Below the pieces are notes generated by a model that worked only from the letters and a program-made list of their open reading frames with translations, made no database searches and was not told the DNA's origin. From Methanothermococcus sp. Ax23 (GTDB lineage Archaea > AGJL01 > Methanococci > Methanococcales > Methanococcaceae): 64,000 nt of DNA. Positions 32,946 to 44,473 of the stretch are shown here, piece after piece. How positions within the stretch are numbered: position 1 is the first letter of the stretch; every line of letters begins with the position of its first letter. The stretch lies in NCBI RefSeq assembly GCF_049075655.1, contig NZ_CP157522.1, forward strand, positions 160,001-224,000. The letters are read 5' to 3'. A program made the translations under genes and the position numbers.

Positions 32946-32968
32946 ATCTACCCCTCCTCATTTAAATA

Positions 32969-34168
32969 TTAAACTAATTCCCCCTTAAATGCTTTATTTA
33001 AAATACTTTCTTTTAATTCTTTGAATAGGTTTAATTGTTTTTCTTGTAGTTGTTCTAATTTTTTTATTTTGTTATGTAGATTGTCTAAATATTCGGCGAT
33101 TTCTTTTTGTTTTTGTAGGTCTGGTTTGTTGTCTTTGTATGGGATAGGGATTAAAAGGCTTTCAAATTTTTTCTTAGTTATATGTTTCATGGTAGAACCA
33201 TGAGTTTTATCTGTAATACTCTTCAATATAGGCTTAATCGCGAAATACATATATTTTTTATCAATATATTCATTTTTCAACTCCACTTTAAAAATATGTT
33301 GATTTAATAGAGCCTTTCCACCACTCCAAATATATGCGTCAATTGAAGCAGACCACGATATTAGCAAATCCTCATTTTGAATATAGTATTTTTTTTCGAC
33401 AGGTTTTGAACAATAATTATATGGTGCGTTTGGATTATTTAAATTTTGAATTCTAATTATGGGTAGTCCCGTCTCTTCCCATTCAGAAGGCTTAAAAGCT
33501 CGTCCATTTATATATTTCCCCACATCTCCCAATCTAACCAATTTAAACCCTTCATCTTTAAAAACCTTATTTAAGACAGAATTAAATAAATCCTTTGTTT
33601 CATTTAATGCTTTTTGTCTTAATTCTATTGCTTTGTTAATATTGTTAAAGAGAGTTTCTATTTTATTAACAATTTCCTTTTGTTTTTGTAGGTCTGGTTT
33701 GTTGTCTTTGTATGGGATTGGGATTAAAATTTCTTTTAATTTTTTTGCATTAAAATTTGGTTTAACTCCTCCACTCGGCACTATTTGACTCCAATAATAT
33801 TTAGATTTAAAAAACATGTCTAAATAATAAGGATTAACAACATCTAAATTAGGTTTAATTTTTATCAGATAGGAAGCAAAAATTACGGGTTCTGAAAGAT
33901 TTTCTTTAATTAAATATGTTTTACCTGTTGTTGAACCAGTCCTTGCAAAAAGTATATCTCCTTTCTTTAAAATATATCTACTTATATCTTTTTCTGGCTT
34001 GCAATATGGGACATTCTCCCAATTTACATTGTTATCTTGTATATCAGTAATTCTTAAAAGTTTTATTCCAGTATTTTCTTTTAGAGCTTTTGTAGTGTAG
34101 CCATATTGTGGATTTTCTTTTAATAAATCTTCCAATCTAACCAATTTCCAACCATCTGGCAATTCCAT
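32969..34168 (-). CDS. hsdS: type I R-M specificity subunit
   Basis: ELPDGW start, two TRDs, repeated IPIPYKDNKPDLQKQKEI, C-terminal SILNKAFKGEL. Confidence 0.95.
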   Translation of the reverse strand: MELPDGWKLVRLEDLLKENPQYGYTTKALKENTGIKLLRITDIQDNNVNWENVPYCKPEKDISRYILKKGDILFARTGSTTGKTYLIKENLSEPVIFASYLIKIKPNLDVVNPYYLDMFFKSKYYWSQIVPSGGVKPNFNAKKLKEILIPIPYKDNKPDLQKQKEIVNKIETLFNNINKAIELRQKALNETKDLFNSVLNKVFKDEGFKLVRLGDVGKYINGRAFKPSEWEETGLPIIRIQNLNNPNAPYNYCSKPVEKKYYIQNEDLLISWSASIDAYIWSGGKALLNQHIFKVELKNEYIDKKYMYFAIKPILKSITDKTHGSTMKHITKKKFESLLIPIPYKDNKPDLQKQKEIAEYLDNLHNKIKKLEQLQEKQLNLFKELKESILNKAFKGELV

Positions 34169-34178
34169 AATTTAACCC

Positions 34179-35684
34179 CTATAAATTACTTTTTATCTCT
34201 TCAATTATATTTTTAATATTAACATCAATCTCTTCAATCTCTTTTACAACTTCATTAGGTTCTTTATATTCGATTTCTTCTTTTTTATTTGGATTTTTGG
34301 CAGTTAAATCATAATCTCTTTTTTTAATCTCGTCAATGGAAACAATCCAACTATTTTCAGAAATTTCACGATTTTTAATTTTATTCAAAACATCCTCAAA
34401 ATCTTCATCTTTTATCCTTTGTTTTTTCGTATATTTGCCCTCTAACTCATAATACCAAATTTCTTTGGTTTTTCCCGTCTTCTCAAAAAATACAATATTT
34501 GTTTTAACTCCTGCTCCCATCTGACTAAATACACCCTGCGGTAGTGAGACAATGGCAAAAACATTAAATTTATTTAAGAGCTCTTCCCGAATTGTTTTGA
34601 ACTTTCCACCACCGAACATTATTTGACCCTCTGGAAGAATAACTCCTGCCCTTCCTCCATTTTTTAACTTCCTCATTATATATTGAAGTGCTAATGCCTC
34701 CGTAGATTGTATTTTGTGGGGGAAATTATCCTGAACCTTTTTATTCTCCCTACCACCAAATGGCGGATTTGTAATAATTATATCGTATTTTTCACTTTCT
34801 GGAACATTATGAACATCCTCATCTCCTAAGGAATTTCTCCTATAATAATTAGGAGTTAAAATGCCGTGCAAAACCATATTCATAGTCCCTAATAAATAAG
34901 GAAATGGCTTTTTTTCATGCCCATAAAGTGTTTTATACATCAAAGTTTCATGCTCTTGAACTGTCATCAATTCCCCGAGCTCATTCTGAATATATTTTAA
35001 TACCTCAATTAAAAAACCAGCAGAGCCTCCAAATGGGTCAAATACTTTTTCTCCTATTTTTGGTTTTATCACATTAATAATAAATCTTATAATAGGTCTC
35101 GGCGTATAAAATTCTCCGCCCCATCCTGCTTCATTACCCATATTTAATAGGAGCTCCTCATATATTTGAGATAAAACATGAGTATCCTCATAATCATCAG
35201 TATTAATATTATCAATTTTATTTATTACATCCACTAAATTATAAGTGGATTTCATTTTATTTCCTGAAATTTCTTTAAAAATGCTTGCAATTTTCTCCCT
35301 CCCGGGTGTTCCTTCCAAACTCCTCAGATATGGAAACAAAATATTATCTATGAAATAAACTAAGGTATCCTCTAAATCTTCTATTTCTTTAATCTCTTCA
35401 TCAACATCATCAACAAAATCCTTTAAACTCTCCTTAGGTTTTCCTATCCAGTCTCTTTTTGCCCAGTTTGACCATCTATATTTTTTATCGATTATGGGAA
35501 TATATTCCCTACCATCCATTAAAGCAGTTTCCTCCAACTCCTTTTCAACACTTTCAAACACTTTTAAAAACAAAAGCCACGACAATTGTTCCATATAATC
35601 CATAGCCCCAGAAGTTCCGTCGTCCTTTCTTAATATATCACATGCGGATTTTACTTCGCTTTTCACTATTGATTCTCTTTTCAT
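34179..35684 (-). CDS. hsdM: type I R-M N6-adenine methyltransferase
   Basis: GEFYTPR, DPFGGSAGFL, TNPPFGG. Confidence 0.95.
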   Translation of the reverse strand: MKRESIVKSEVKSACDILRKDDGTSGAMDYMEQLSWLLFLKVFESVEKELEETALMDGREYIPIIDKKYRWSNWAKRDWIGKPKESLKDFVDDVDEEIKEIEDLEDTLVYFIDNILFPYLRSLEGTPGREKIASIFKEISGNKMKSTYNLVDVINKIDNINTDDYEDTHVLSQIYEELLLNMGNEAGWGGEFYTPRPIIRFIINVIKPKIGEKVFDPFGGSAGFLIEVLKYIQNELGELMTVQEHETLMYKTLYGHEKKPFPYLLGTMNMVLHGILTPNYYRRNSLGDEDVHNVPESEKYDIIITNPPFGGRENKKVQDNFPHKIQSTEALALQYIMRKLKNGGRAGVILPEGQIMFGGGKFKTIREELLNKFNVFAIVSLPQGVFSQMGAGVKTNIVFFEKTGKTKEIWYYELEGKYTKKQRIKDEDFEDVLNKIKNREISENSWIVSIDEIKKRDYDLTAKNPNKKEEIEYKEPNEVVKEIEEIDVNIKNIIEEIKSNL

Positions 35685-35824
35685 ACTATCACCTTTAACA
35701 TCCTAAAATACATAATAACATTACACTAATATGTAAAATACGGTAAAAAATTATAAAAATATTTTTTATACCCTCTTTAAAATTATAAAACTCTAAAAAA
35801 TAGAAAAAAGAATAAAAAATAAAC

Positions 35825-36025
35825 TTATTCAACCGTAGCAAAGCGAGTGGGCTATAAAATCCGTTAGGATTTTATTCAATCGGAGCGAAGCGGAGAGCTA
35901 TAAAAATCCCAAAGGGATTTTTATTCAATCACATCGAAGATGTGAGCTATAAAAATTACTTCGTAATTTTTATTCAACCACGAGCAAAGCGAGTGGGCTA
36001 TAAAATCCGTTAGGATTTTATTCAA
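35825..36025 (+). repeat. tandem array of four 47-49 bp double-hairpin units
   Basis: units 35833-35879, 35880-35928, 35929-35977, 35978-36025; each = hairpin A + GCTATAAAA...TTTTATTCAA; leading TTATTCAA at 35825. Confidence 0.9.
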
Positions 36026-36950
36026 ATTCAATTGTTGCCGGTGGTTTATCTGTAATATCTAAAACAACCCTTGCAACATTTGGAACTTCTGATGTGATTC
36101 TTTTACTTATTCTTTTCAATACACTGAATGGGAGCTCAGGCACACTTGCAGTCATTGCATCAAGGGATTCAACAAACCTTACTGCAACTACCCAATTGTA
36201 TTCTCTTATGTCTCCTTTAACTCCTGTTGCCTTTGTATCAAGCACAGCGGCAAAATACTGCCATAAATCTTTATCGAGACCTTCTTTTTCTATCTCTTCC
36301 TCAACTATGGCATTTGCTTCCCTGCACACTTCCAACTTTTCCTCTGTGATTTCCCCTAAAATTCTTACTGCAAGACCGGGTCCTGGGAATGGCTGTCTGT
36401 TTGCTATTTTATCTGGAAGCCCCAATTCTCTTGCCAATATTCTTACCTCATCTTTATATAATTCTCTCAACGGCTCAACAACTTCAAGCACCATTCCGCT
36501 TGGCAATGCTATGTTGTGGTGTGTTTTAATGTCCCCTTCACTTTCTATCCAATCTGGTGCAATAGTTCCCTGAACAAGAACCTCTTCACCGTTTTCCTTT
36601 GCAACTTCCTCAAATACTTCAATAAATAATCTTCCTATTATCTTCCTTTTCTCTTCTGGGTCATCTACTCCCTTTAATTCCTTTAAAAATAAGTCCTTTG
36701 CATTAATTATTTTTAAGTTAAGTCCCATATCTTCTTTAAATATTTTGTAAATTTCCTCTGCTTCATTTTTTCTCATAAGTCCTGTATCAACAAAGACTGC
36801 TAAAAGTCTGTCCCCTATTGCCCTGTCTGTAAGAACTGCGGCTACTGAACTATCTACGCCACCACTAAGTGCTATTATTGCCTTTTTGTCCCCTATTTGT
36901 TCCTTTATTTCTGAAATGGATTCTTCAATGAATTTTTTAGCATCAAACAT
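36018..36950 (-). CDS. guaAB: GMP synthase subunit B (ATPPase)
   Basis: [36 protein letters not shown]. Confidence 0.95.
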   Translation of the reverse strand: MFDAKKFIEESISEIKEQIGDKKAIIALSGGVDSSVAAVLTDRAIGDRLLAVFVDTGLMRKNEAEEIYKIFKEDMGLNLKIINAKDLFLKELKGVDDPEEKRKIIGRLFIEVFEEVAKENGEEVLVQGTIAPDWIESEGDIKTHHNIALPSGMVLEVVEPLRELYKDEVRILARELGLPDKIANRQPFPGPGLAVRILGEITEEKLEVCREANAIVEEEIEKEGLDKDLWQYFAAVLDTKATGVKGDIREYNWVVAVRFVESLDAMTASVPELPFSVLKRISKRITSEVPNVARVVLDITDKPPATIEFE

Positions 36951-37048
36951 ATAATATCACCATTTATATTCCATATTAGATTTTTAATCCACATTATAAT
37001 AATCTAATTTATTTTTTATTTTAATTTTATTTATTTCTTAATTATTTC

Positions 37049-38701
<1,653 letters not shown>

Positions 38702-38831
38702 CTAATAACATATAACAAATAACATATAACAAATATATAACCAACAGCTTACTTAAAAATATAAAGAATATATCTTATTGAAAATTATATAAAAATATAT
38801 GCAAATAAAAAAATAAAATTTAAAAAAAGAA

Positions 38832-39179
38832 TTATGCTACATTAGCACCTTGAATGGTTTTTTGTAATGATTCTTGTAAATCCATTAATCTCTTCTGCAT
38901 TTTTTCTTCCTGTTTTTCCAATGTTTTAGTCCTTAATTTTAAGGTTTCCAATTTTTCGTTTAATTCTTCTTCTATTTCTTTTTTATTTCTTTTTACAAGT
39001 ATGCCGCCAGCCATCTTATATACTTCCTCTGACTGTGATTTTCCCATCTCTTCCAACGCCTTTTCCATTTCTTTTATTTGTGCTTCTATCTGCTGTTTTT
39101 GGAAAACAATAGCCTGCAACTGCTGTTGAAGTTGTTGAAACTGCATTAATTGGTTTTGAACATTTGGTGGTAATTCCAT
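38832..39179 (-). CDS. pfdB: prefoldin beta subunit
   Basis: [21 protein letters not shown] coiled coil, [10 protein letters not shown]. Confidence 0.93.
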   Translation of the reverse strand: MELPPNVQNQLMQFQQLQQQLQAIVFQKQQIEAQIKEMEKALEEMGKSQSEEVYKMAGGILVKRNKKEIEEELNEKLETLKLRTKTLEKQEEKMQKRLMDLQESLQKTIQGANVA

Positions 39180-39243
39180 AATTTCCCTCCTTTTTTATTT
39201 ATAGTATTTTATATAACGTATAAATATTATATATCTATTATAT

Positions 39244-39558
39244 TTATTGTTCAGATGTTAATTTATAAATACTTTCCGCAACCTTTATCCATCTAATGTA
39301 TGAATACAACGATGCCTTTAAAATACTGAGCTCATCTGCAACAGTTTCTATAAATATTATGTTATTTTCAATTTTCATAATGCTCTTTGACCTTATCTGA
39401 GAATCAAGATGTTCTAAAAGTATGCTATCGTATATTATTTTTGCTTCATCTTCTGAACTGCATTCTATTTCCAAACTAAAAGATATATCAGACTTATGAT
39501 TAAATTTATCCACATTTATATTCAATTTACCCGCAGCATTAGATGTATTGGTGTTCAT
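39244..39558 (-). CDS. pcc1: KEOPS complex subunit Pcc1
   Basis: AKIIYDSI...RSK...ADELSILKASLYSYIRWI; superoperon position. Confidence 0.8.
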   Translation of the reverse strand: MNTNTSNAAGKLNINVDKFNHKSDISFSLEIECSSEDEAKIIYDSILLEHLDSQIRSKSIMKIENNIIFIETVADELSILKASLYSYIRWIKVAESIYKLTSEQ

Positions 39559-39623
39559 GATATCGTTTTTATTTATCTTTTTTATTTAACATATTTCCGC
39601 AAGAAGTCCCCACCCGTAAGGGA

Positions 39624-39668
39624 TTGAACAAAATCCTTCGGATTTTGTAGCCCTTCGCTTCGCTACGG
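39624..39668 (-). repeat. double-hairpin mini-element copy inserted in the IS left-end hairpin
   Basis: minus strand CCGTAGCGAAGCGAAGG-GCTACAAAATCCGAAGGATTTTGTTCAA. Confidence 0.85.
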
Positions 39669-39746
39669 TGGGATGAATTGCGGACAAAATATATAAATGG
39701 TATAGTGATAACATACTATTTATAAGTTATCAAACTGTGATGCCCA

Positions 39747-40997
39747 ATGATAAGGACTTACAAGTTCAGGATTTATCCTTCAAAGAGTATCCAAAGAACA
39801 ATAGAGGAGCATCTAAATATATGTAGATACCTTTATAATTATCTTTTGGAACAAAAAACTAAGAATCCAAAACTAAACAAAATGGATACTCAAAAACTAA
39901 TTACAGAGCATAAGAGGGAGAATCCTGAACTTAAAAAAGTCCATTCAAAAGTATTACAGATGGTAAATAACAAGCTTTGGGGAAATCTCAAAGCATTAGG
40001 GGAACTAAAAAAGAATGGATTCAAAGTGGGGAAGTTAAGGTTCAAATCCTCTAAAAATCATTACAAAACATTAGAATACAATCAATCAGGTTTTAAGATT
40101 GATTATAACACTAAAAAACTAAAACTATCCAAGATTGGAGAAATTCCAATAGTATTACACAGAAACATCAAGGGAGAAGTTAAAGGAGTTATTATAAAAA
40201 AAGAACCTACTGGCAAGTGGTTTGCCTTCTTCCAAGTTGAGGAGGAACCTAAACCACTACCTAAAACTAACAAAGTTGTAGGTATCGATTTAGGAATCGA
40301 TGGTTATACCATCGATTCAGATGGTAATAAATTTGAAAATCCAAAGTTTATAGATAAGACATTGGATAAAATAAAGAGAGTTCAAAAGAACCTATCCCGA
40401 AAGGTTAAGGGTTCGAACAACTATAAAAAGACCAAACTAAAACTTATCAAGGTTTATGATAAACTAAACAATCAGAAAAATGATTTTCTACATAAGTTAT
40501 CTAGATACTACATAAATAACTACGATAAAATAATTTTAGAAGACTTAAATATAAAATCGATGGTTGAAAATGGAAAATGTAAGACCTTAAACCGTCATAT
40601 TCTTGACGGTTCATGGCGTAAATTCATAAATCTACTTCTCTACAAGGCGGAGGGTGCTGGTAGAGAAGTAATATTAGTAAATCCCCATTATACTTCTAAA
40701 AAATGTTCCAACTGCGGGCATGTTGTTAAAGACTTAAAACTTTCAGATAGAATCTTTTTTTGTCCTGTCTGCGGTTGGAAAATCGATAGGGATTATAACG
40801 CATCCCTAAATATATTAAAGTCAGGGCTGGGAGAGTCCGTTGTGCCTGCCGAGAGAAAACCTCTGCTCCAAACTATTTCTTATAAAGAAGTGGTTTTGGG
40901 GCAAGTTTTCTCAATGAATCAGGAAGCCTTGCCCGAAGGGCGAGGGCTACGAAAACCGAAAGGTTTTCGTTTAACCCCGTCCGTAAGGGCGGAGTAA
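39747..40997 (+). CDS. tnpB: RNA-guided endonuclease TnpB
   Basis: RTYKFRIYP N-terminus; RuvC D (GIDLG), E (ILEDL), D (DRDYNA); CSNC/CPVC zinc ribbon. Confidence 0.95.
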   Translation: MIRTYKFRIYPSKSIQRTIEEHLNICRYLYNYLLEQKTKNPKLNKMDTQKLITEHKRENPELKKVHSKVLQMVNNKLWGNLKALGELKKNGFKVGKLRFKSSKNHYKTLEYNQSGFKIDYNTKKLKLSKIGEIPIVLHRNIKGEVKGVIIKKEPTGKWFAFFQVEEEPKPLPKTNKVVGIDLGIDGYTIDSDGNKFENPKFIDKTLDKIKRVQKNLSRKVKGSNNYKKTKLKLIKVYDKLNNQKNDFLHKLSRYYINNYDKIILEDLNIKSMVENGKCKTLNRHILDGSWRKFINLLLYKAEGAGREVILVNPHYTSKKCSNCGHVVKDLKLSDRIFFCPVCGWKIDRDYNASLNILKSGLGESVVPAERKPLLQTISYKEVVLGQVFSMNQEALPEGRGLRKPKGFRLTPSVRAE

Positions 40998-41020
40998 TTC
41001 ACTTGATTTTACGATAAAAT
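40820..41020 (+). ncRNA. predicted TnpB omega-RNA (reRNA) overlapping the tnpB 3' end; guide from the flank after TTCAC
   Basis: GGGCTGGGA..GTGCCTGCCGAG..AGGAAGCC..right-end hairpin; inferred from TnpB biology, limits approximate. Confidence 0.6.
40927..40974 (+). repeat. double-hairpin mini-element copy inserted in-frame in the tnpB 3' end / omega-RNA
   Basis: CCTTGCCC-GAA-GGGCGAGG + GCT + ACGAAAACC-GAAA-GGTTTTCGT + TTAA; 48 bp = 16 codons. Confidence 0.8.
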
Positions 41021-41045
41021 TACATTTAATCATTATGTGGCAATA

Positions 41046-41546
41046 TTATTCGATTTCTAAAATCTTTAAAGATTTAACAATAATTAAAGGCCCTACCTTT
41101 TTATCATTTTCATAAAATTGTATATAAAATATATTCTTATCTGATGAAGAACCTTCAAAACACATCCTAAAAGGCGAATTACCATTAACTACTCCAAAAT
41201 CACTAAAAAAATCATAAAATAGTTTCCGATATTTTTTGGTGTTTCCCATGAACTCCATGCTTATTTTTCCTTCCAAATTTGCAGTTTCTTCTTCGCAGAC
41301 TTCTCTTTGAAGCTTTGCAGATATTAGTATAGATATTATTTTATTTCTATTAACATCATAAAACTTTATTTTTCCAGGGTTTCCTTTATATTCTTCTACG
41401 ACAATCAATTTGCTGTATTCATTGAGAATATCCTTTAATGGAGTTTTACCTCGAGTTAATATTTTTGCATTGAGTATTCTTGCCAAATCATTTACAAAGC
41501 TTCGTGTTCTTTGAGAAGGTTTTCTTGATGTTGTAATTACCATCAT
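41046..41546 (-). CDS. Brix-domain ribosome biogenesis protein
   Basis: ITTSRKPSQRTRSFVNDL, RGK, GNPG. Confidence 0.9.
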   Translation of the reverse strand: MMVITTSRKPSQRTRSFVNDLARILNAKILTRGKTPLKDILNEYSKLIVVEEYKGNPGKIKFYDVNRNKIISILISAKLQREVCEEETANLEGKISMEFMGNTKKYRKLFYDFFSDFGVVNGNSPFRMCFEGSSSDKNIFYIQFYENDKKVGPLIIVKSLKILEIE

Positions 41547-41577
41547 TCTATTACCTATTGTAATATATTTTACCTAA

Positions 41578-41718
41578 TTACCTTGCTTTTACTTCTTTAA
41601 TCACTCTTGGTCTTAATTTTATCAAAATCTTATTACTACAGTGAGGACATTTTGCTTTTAAACCTAATTCCTCTTGGGTTATGATTTTACCACAATTTGA
41701 ACATTTATACTCCGCCAT
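41578..41718 (-). CDS. rpoP: DNA-directed RNA polymerase subunit P (Rpo12); absent from the ORF track
   Basis: 46 aa MAEYKCSNCGKIITQEELGLKAKCPHCSNKILIKLRPRVIKEVKAR. Confidence 0.93.
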   Translation of the reverse strand: MAEYKCSNCGKIITQEELGLKAKCPHCSNKILIKLRPRVIKEVKAR

Positions 41719-41778
41719 AATTTCACCAAAAAAATAAAAAATAACTATGAATTAAATAAAATTAAAAGAAAAAATAAA

Positions 41779-42069
41779 TTAGATTTCTCTGCTCTTGCTC
41801 TCGATAACTCTTCTTATTGCCTTTGCCACTACTTTACCAGCACCTGTTTCTGGTGTGTATGCCCCACCAGCCATTTTAGCACCGCATTTTTTACAGCTCC
41901 ATATTGAAGTGCTGACTCTTTTTAATTTTGGGAATCCACAAACAGGACATTTATACTCTTTTTTCTGTTTTATTTCAACATCTCTAACTCTAACTCTAAT
42001 TTTTCTACCGTATCTTGGTCCAAATCTTCCTGCTGAACCTATCTTTTTTGTATGGCTAAATTCTGGCAT
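41779..42069 (-). CDS. rpl37ae: 50S ribosomal protein L37Ae (eL43)
   Basis: [19 protein letters not shown] zinc finger, GGAYTP. Confidence 0.96.
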   Translation of the reverse strand: MPEFSHTKKIGSAGRFGPRYGRKIRVRVRDVEIKQKKEYKCPVCGFPKLKRVSTSIWSCKKCGAKMAGGAYTPETGAGKVVAKAIRRVIESKSREI

Positions 42070-42165
42070 TCTTATCACCGTTTTATTTTTTTATTTATTT
42101 TTTTACGATATGATTATATTTTCATATTCTATGTGAGATTATGTGAATTACTTCCCTAGTTTCCA

Positions 42166-42867
42166 TTAAAATCTTTTTAAGAGTTTAGTTTGAACATTGC
42201 CTTTTGTGACTTTGTTTAAATATCCGTAGAATTCATTTTCAATTCCACTTGGGATTTCAATAACAAATACCAAAGAACCATCGGACTGCCATTCCTCCTG
42301 TTTTATCGTCCCATATTCATGGAGTGAATGGTAGGCCGACGCAGCATATTCTGGCGGTATTCTAACTGCAATTTCCCTTTTTTCAAATTTAATTGGTAAT
42401 ACCCTTTTAAGGTCTTTAATAATGTTAGGAATTTGCTCTTCGGCACTTTTGTAAATATCAATATTTGCCCGTATCTCCTCCAATGCATTTTCAATTCTTT
42501 TTGGAGGATGCGGGGTGTCAGTTTGAGGGTTTATAGTGTTTCTTGCAATTAAAGAAACGATTTGTTTCCTCTTCTGTTCTTTCATCTCTTTTCTCTGCTG
42601 GGCGGTAAGCTGAACATTGCCTTTTAATATAATTTTTTTGGCTATTTCATGAATATCCATTGTTCCAAAAACTTTTTCCAGCAATTCTTCTGAAGCTTTT
42701 TCTCCTTTTCCAGAATCTTTATAAACCGCCTCAGCCGCCAGTATGTCAGAAATATCTATTGGCTGACCTTCTTTTAATTTAGCAGCTAAATAAGGGTCCA
42801 CCAATATTTCAAATTTTTCCCCATGGGATTGAAGCCGTGCAATTACAGCCTTTTCCAACGACACCAT
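42166..42867 (-). CDS. ribosome maturation factor SBDS/SDO1
   Basis: [24 protein letters not shown]. Confidence 0.93.
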   Translation of the reverse strand: MVSLEKAVIARLQSHGEKFEILVDPYLAAKLKEGQPIDISDILAAEAVYKDSGKGEKASEELLEKVFGTMDIHEIAKKIILKGNVQLTAQQRKEMKEQKRKQIVSLIARNTINPQTDTPHPPKRIENALEEIRANIDIYKSAEEQIPNIIKDLKRVLPIKFEKREIAVRIPPEYAASAYHSLHEYGTIKQEEWQSDGSLVFVIEIPSGIENEFYGYLNKVTKGNVQTKLLKRF

Positions 42868-42992
42868 AATATCCCTTTTTTTTATTTATATACCTTTCGA
42901 TATAATGATTAATATTTAATAATTTACATACATCTATAAAAAATATATTGAATAAAATAAATATAAATACAGATATAAAAAGAAATAATTAT

Positions 42993-43805
42993 TTATTCAT
43001 TGTTATTTTCATCATTGTTATTTTCGTCAGTCTCATTATTGTCTTCATCCAATTCTTCTTCACTTTCTTCTTCCGCCTTTAAATCATCAAATGCCTTTTT
43101 TACAAGCTTTTCAATTTCTTCAAACGATAGTTTTTCCACAGTTTTTGCTTCTGATTTAATTACTGCCATATCTACATTTTCTGGTTTTAATTCTCCCCCC
43201 GTGGTCTTGCTCAGTGTATATATTGCAAGTTCAAGAGCTCCTTCAATTGTTAAATCTTCACTGTATTTTTCTTCAAGGATTTCCATTGCAGCAGGTCTTC
43301 CAGAGCCTATTGCTGTTGCCTTATATTCAATCAATGCTCCACTTGGGTCTGTTTCAAACAATCTTGAACTGTGTCTATCAATACCTGCAATTAATAAAGA
43401 TAAACCAAATGGTCGAGCTCCGCCATGCTGTGTGTATGCCTGTTTAATGTCGCAAATTTTTTTTGCAAGAGCCTCAACTGTTACAGGTTCTCCATAAGTT
43501 ATTTTGTTTATCTGAGCTTCCACTCTTGCCCTGTCTATTAAAACCCTTGCATCCGCTACAAGTCCAGAAGTTGCTGCCATTATATGGTCATCTATTTGAA
43601 ATATTTTCTCTATGGAGCATACTTCTATTAATTTACTTGTTATTCTCCTATCAACTGCTAAAATAACCCCATCTTTACATTTAATACCTATTGCAGTGGT
43701 GCCTCTCCTAACAGCCTCTCTTGCATATTCTACCTGATAAAGTCTTCCTTCTGGGCTGAATACGGTAATTGCCCTATCATATCCTGATGCTGGAACCATT
43801 TGCAT
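42993..43805 (-). CDS. psmA: proteasome alpha subunit
   Basis: YDRAITVFSPEGRLYQVEYA; acidic C-terminal tail. Confidence 0.97.
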   Translation of the reverse strand: MQMVPASGYDRAITVFSPEGRLYQVEYAREAVRRGTTAIGIKCKDGVILAVDRRITSKLIEVCSIEKIFQIDDHIMAATSGLVADARVLIDRARVEAQINKITYGEPVTVEALAKKICDIKQAYTQHGGARPFGLSLLIAGIDRHSSRLFETDPSGALIEYKATAIGSGRPAAMEILEEKYSEDLTIEGALELAIYTLSKTTGGELKPENVDMAVIKSEAKTVEKLSFEEIEKLVKKAFDDLKAEEESEEELDEDNNETDENNNDENNNE

Positions 43806-44143
43806 ATATATCCCTCCAATTTTTATAAATTGTAATAATAGTTATAGTTATGGAAAAGATAATGAATAACTAGTTTAGATTTTTATTTTTTAACATATAT
43901 GGCTATGCTTTTTTATCTCTTTTTCCATGTTTTTTATAATTATTGGTTAATCTATGTTATTATTGTATATATATTTTGTTTATATACGTATATAATATAA
44001 CTTATGCTATAAGAAAACTTAAACGCACATATGTTCATAATTATGACACAACATTTATATACTATAAAATCTAATAAAGATATAATACGATACAGAACAT
44101 TAAATATTTTTTGAATTTCCCGTTTTACTGGGATGGTGATAAT

Positions 44144-44437
44144 ATGATACCTGTGAGCATTTCCGAAGATGCCATGGAATTTATAAAAGAAAAGATTAAA
44201 AAAGCAAATGCTGATTCCTTGGTAATATACTTCGAAGGATTTGGATGAGGCGGACCTAAATTTGGAATAGATATAAAGTCCCCAAATGAAAATGATGAAT
44301 TAATTTACGATGGGGAATTTAAGATATACCTTGACAAAGTGGCAGGACAATTCCTCAATGAAGTTAATATTGTATTAAAGAAATCAATGTTCTATGGGAA
44401 ATATCTTGCCATTAAAGGTATGGGCGGAAAATGCTAA
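44144..44437 (+). CDS. HesB-like selenoprotein (97 aa, Sec35); absent from the ORF track
   Basis: ATG after GGTGAT; MIPVSISEDAMEFIKEK...YFEGFG-UGA(44246)-GGPKFGI...GGKC; frame stays open after the UGA; SECIS directly downstream. Confidence 0.9.
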
Positions 44438-44441
44438 GTGC

Positions 44442-44473
44442 TGAACCTAAGAACCCTTATGGGATTAGGTTCA
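44442..44473 (+). promoter_or_regulatory. archaeal SECIS element (3' UTR)
   Basis: TGAACCTAA-GAA-CCC-TTAT-GGG-A-TTAGGTTCA: 9-bp stem, GAA/A internal loop, 3 G-C pairs. Confidence 0.9.

Larger units (their letters stand above)
39590..41002 (+). mobile_element. IS200/IS605-family element with tnpB only (IS1341-like)
   Basis: left-end hairpin CCCACCCGTAAGGG..TGGG, right-end hairpin CCCCGTCCGTAAGGGCGGAG then TTCAC; TTTAA at 39585-39589 is a candidate TAM; boundaries approximate. Confidence 0.85.

Noticed and set aside
35825-36025. CRISPR mini-array
   Set aside because: The putative repeats vary with compensatory changes, the putative spacers are only 17-19 nt, are hairpins themselves and recur (unit 1 resembles unit 4); no cas genes or leader; units also occur singly elsewhere.
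27929-36025. Integrative element at the guaA 3' end
   Set aside because: No integrase, and I found no matching att repeat at the far side of the R-M island.
38705-38745. Short duplicated TAACATATAACAAA upstream of pyrG
   Set aside because: Two copies in very AT-rich DNA; not enough to call a regulatory site.
41779-43805. Missing exosome genes (rrp4/rrp41/rrp42) between the SBDS gene and rpl37ae
   Set aside because: Exosome loss is an established trait of Methanococcales, so this is not novel.
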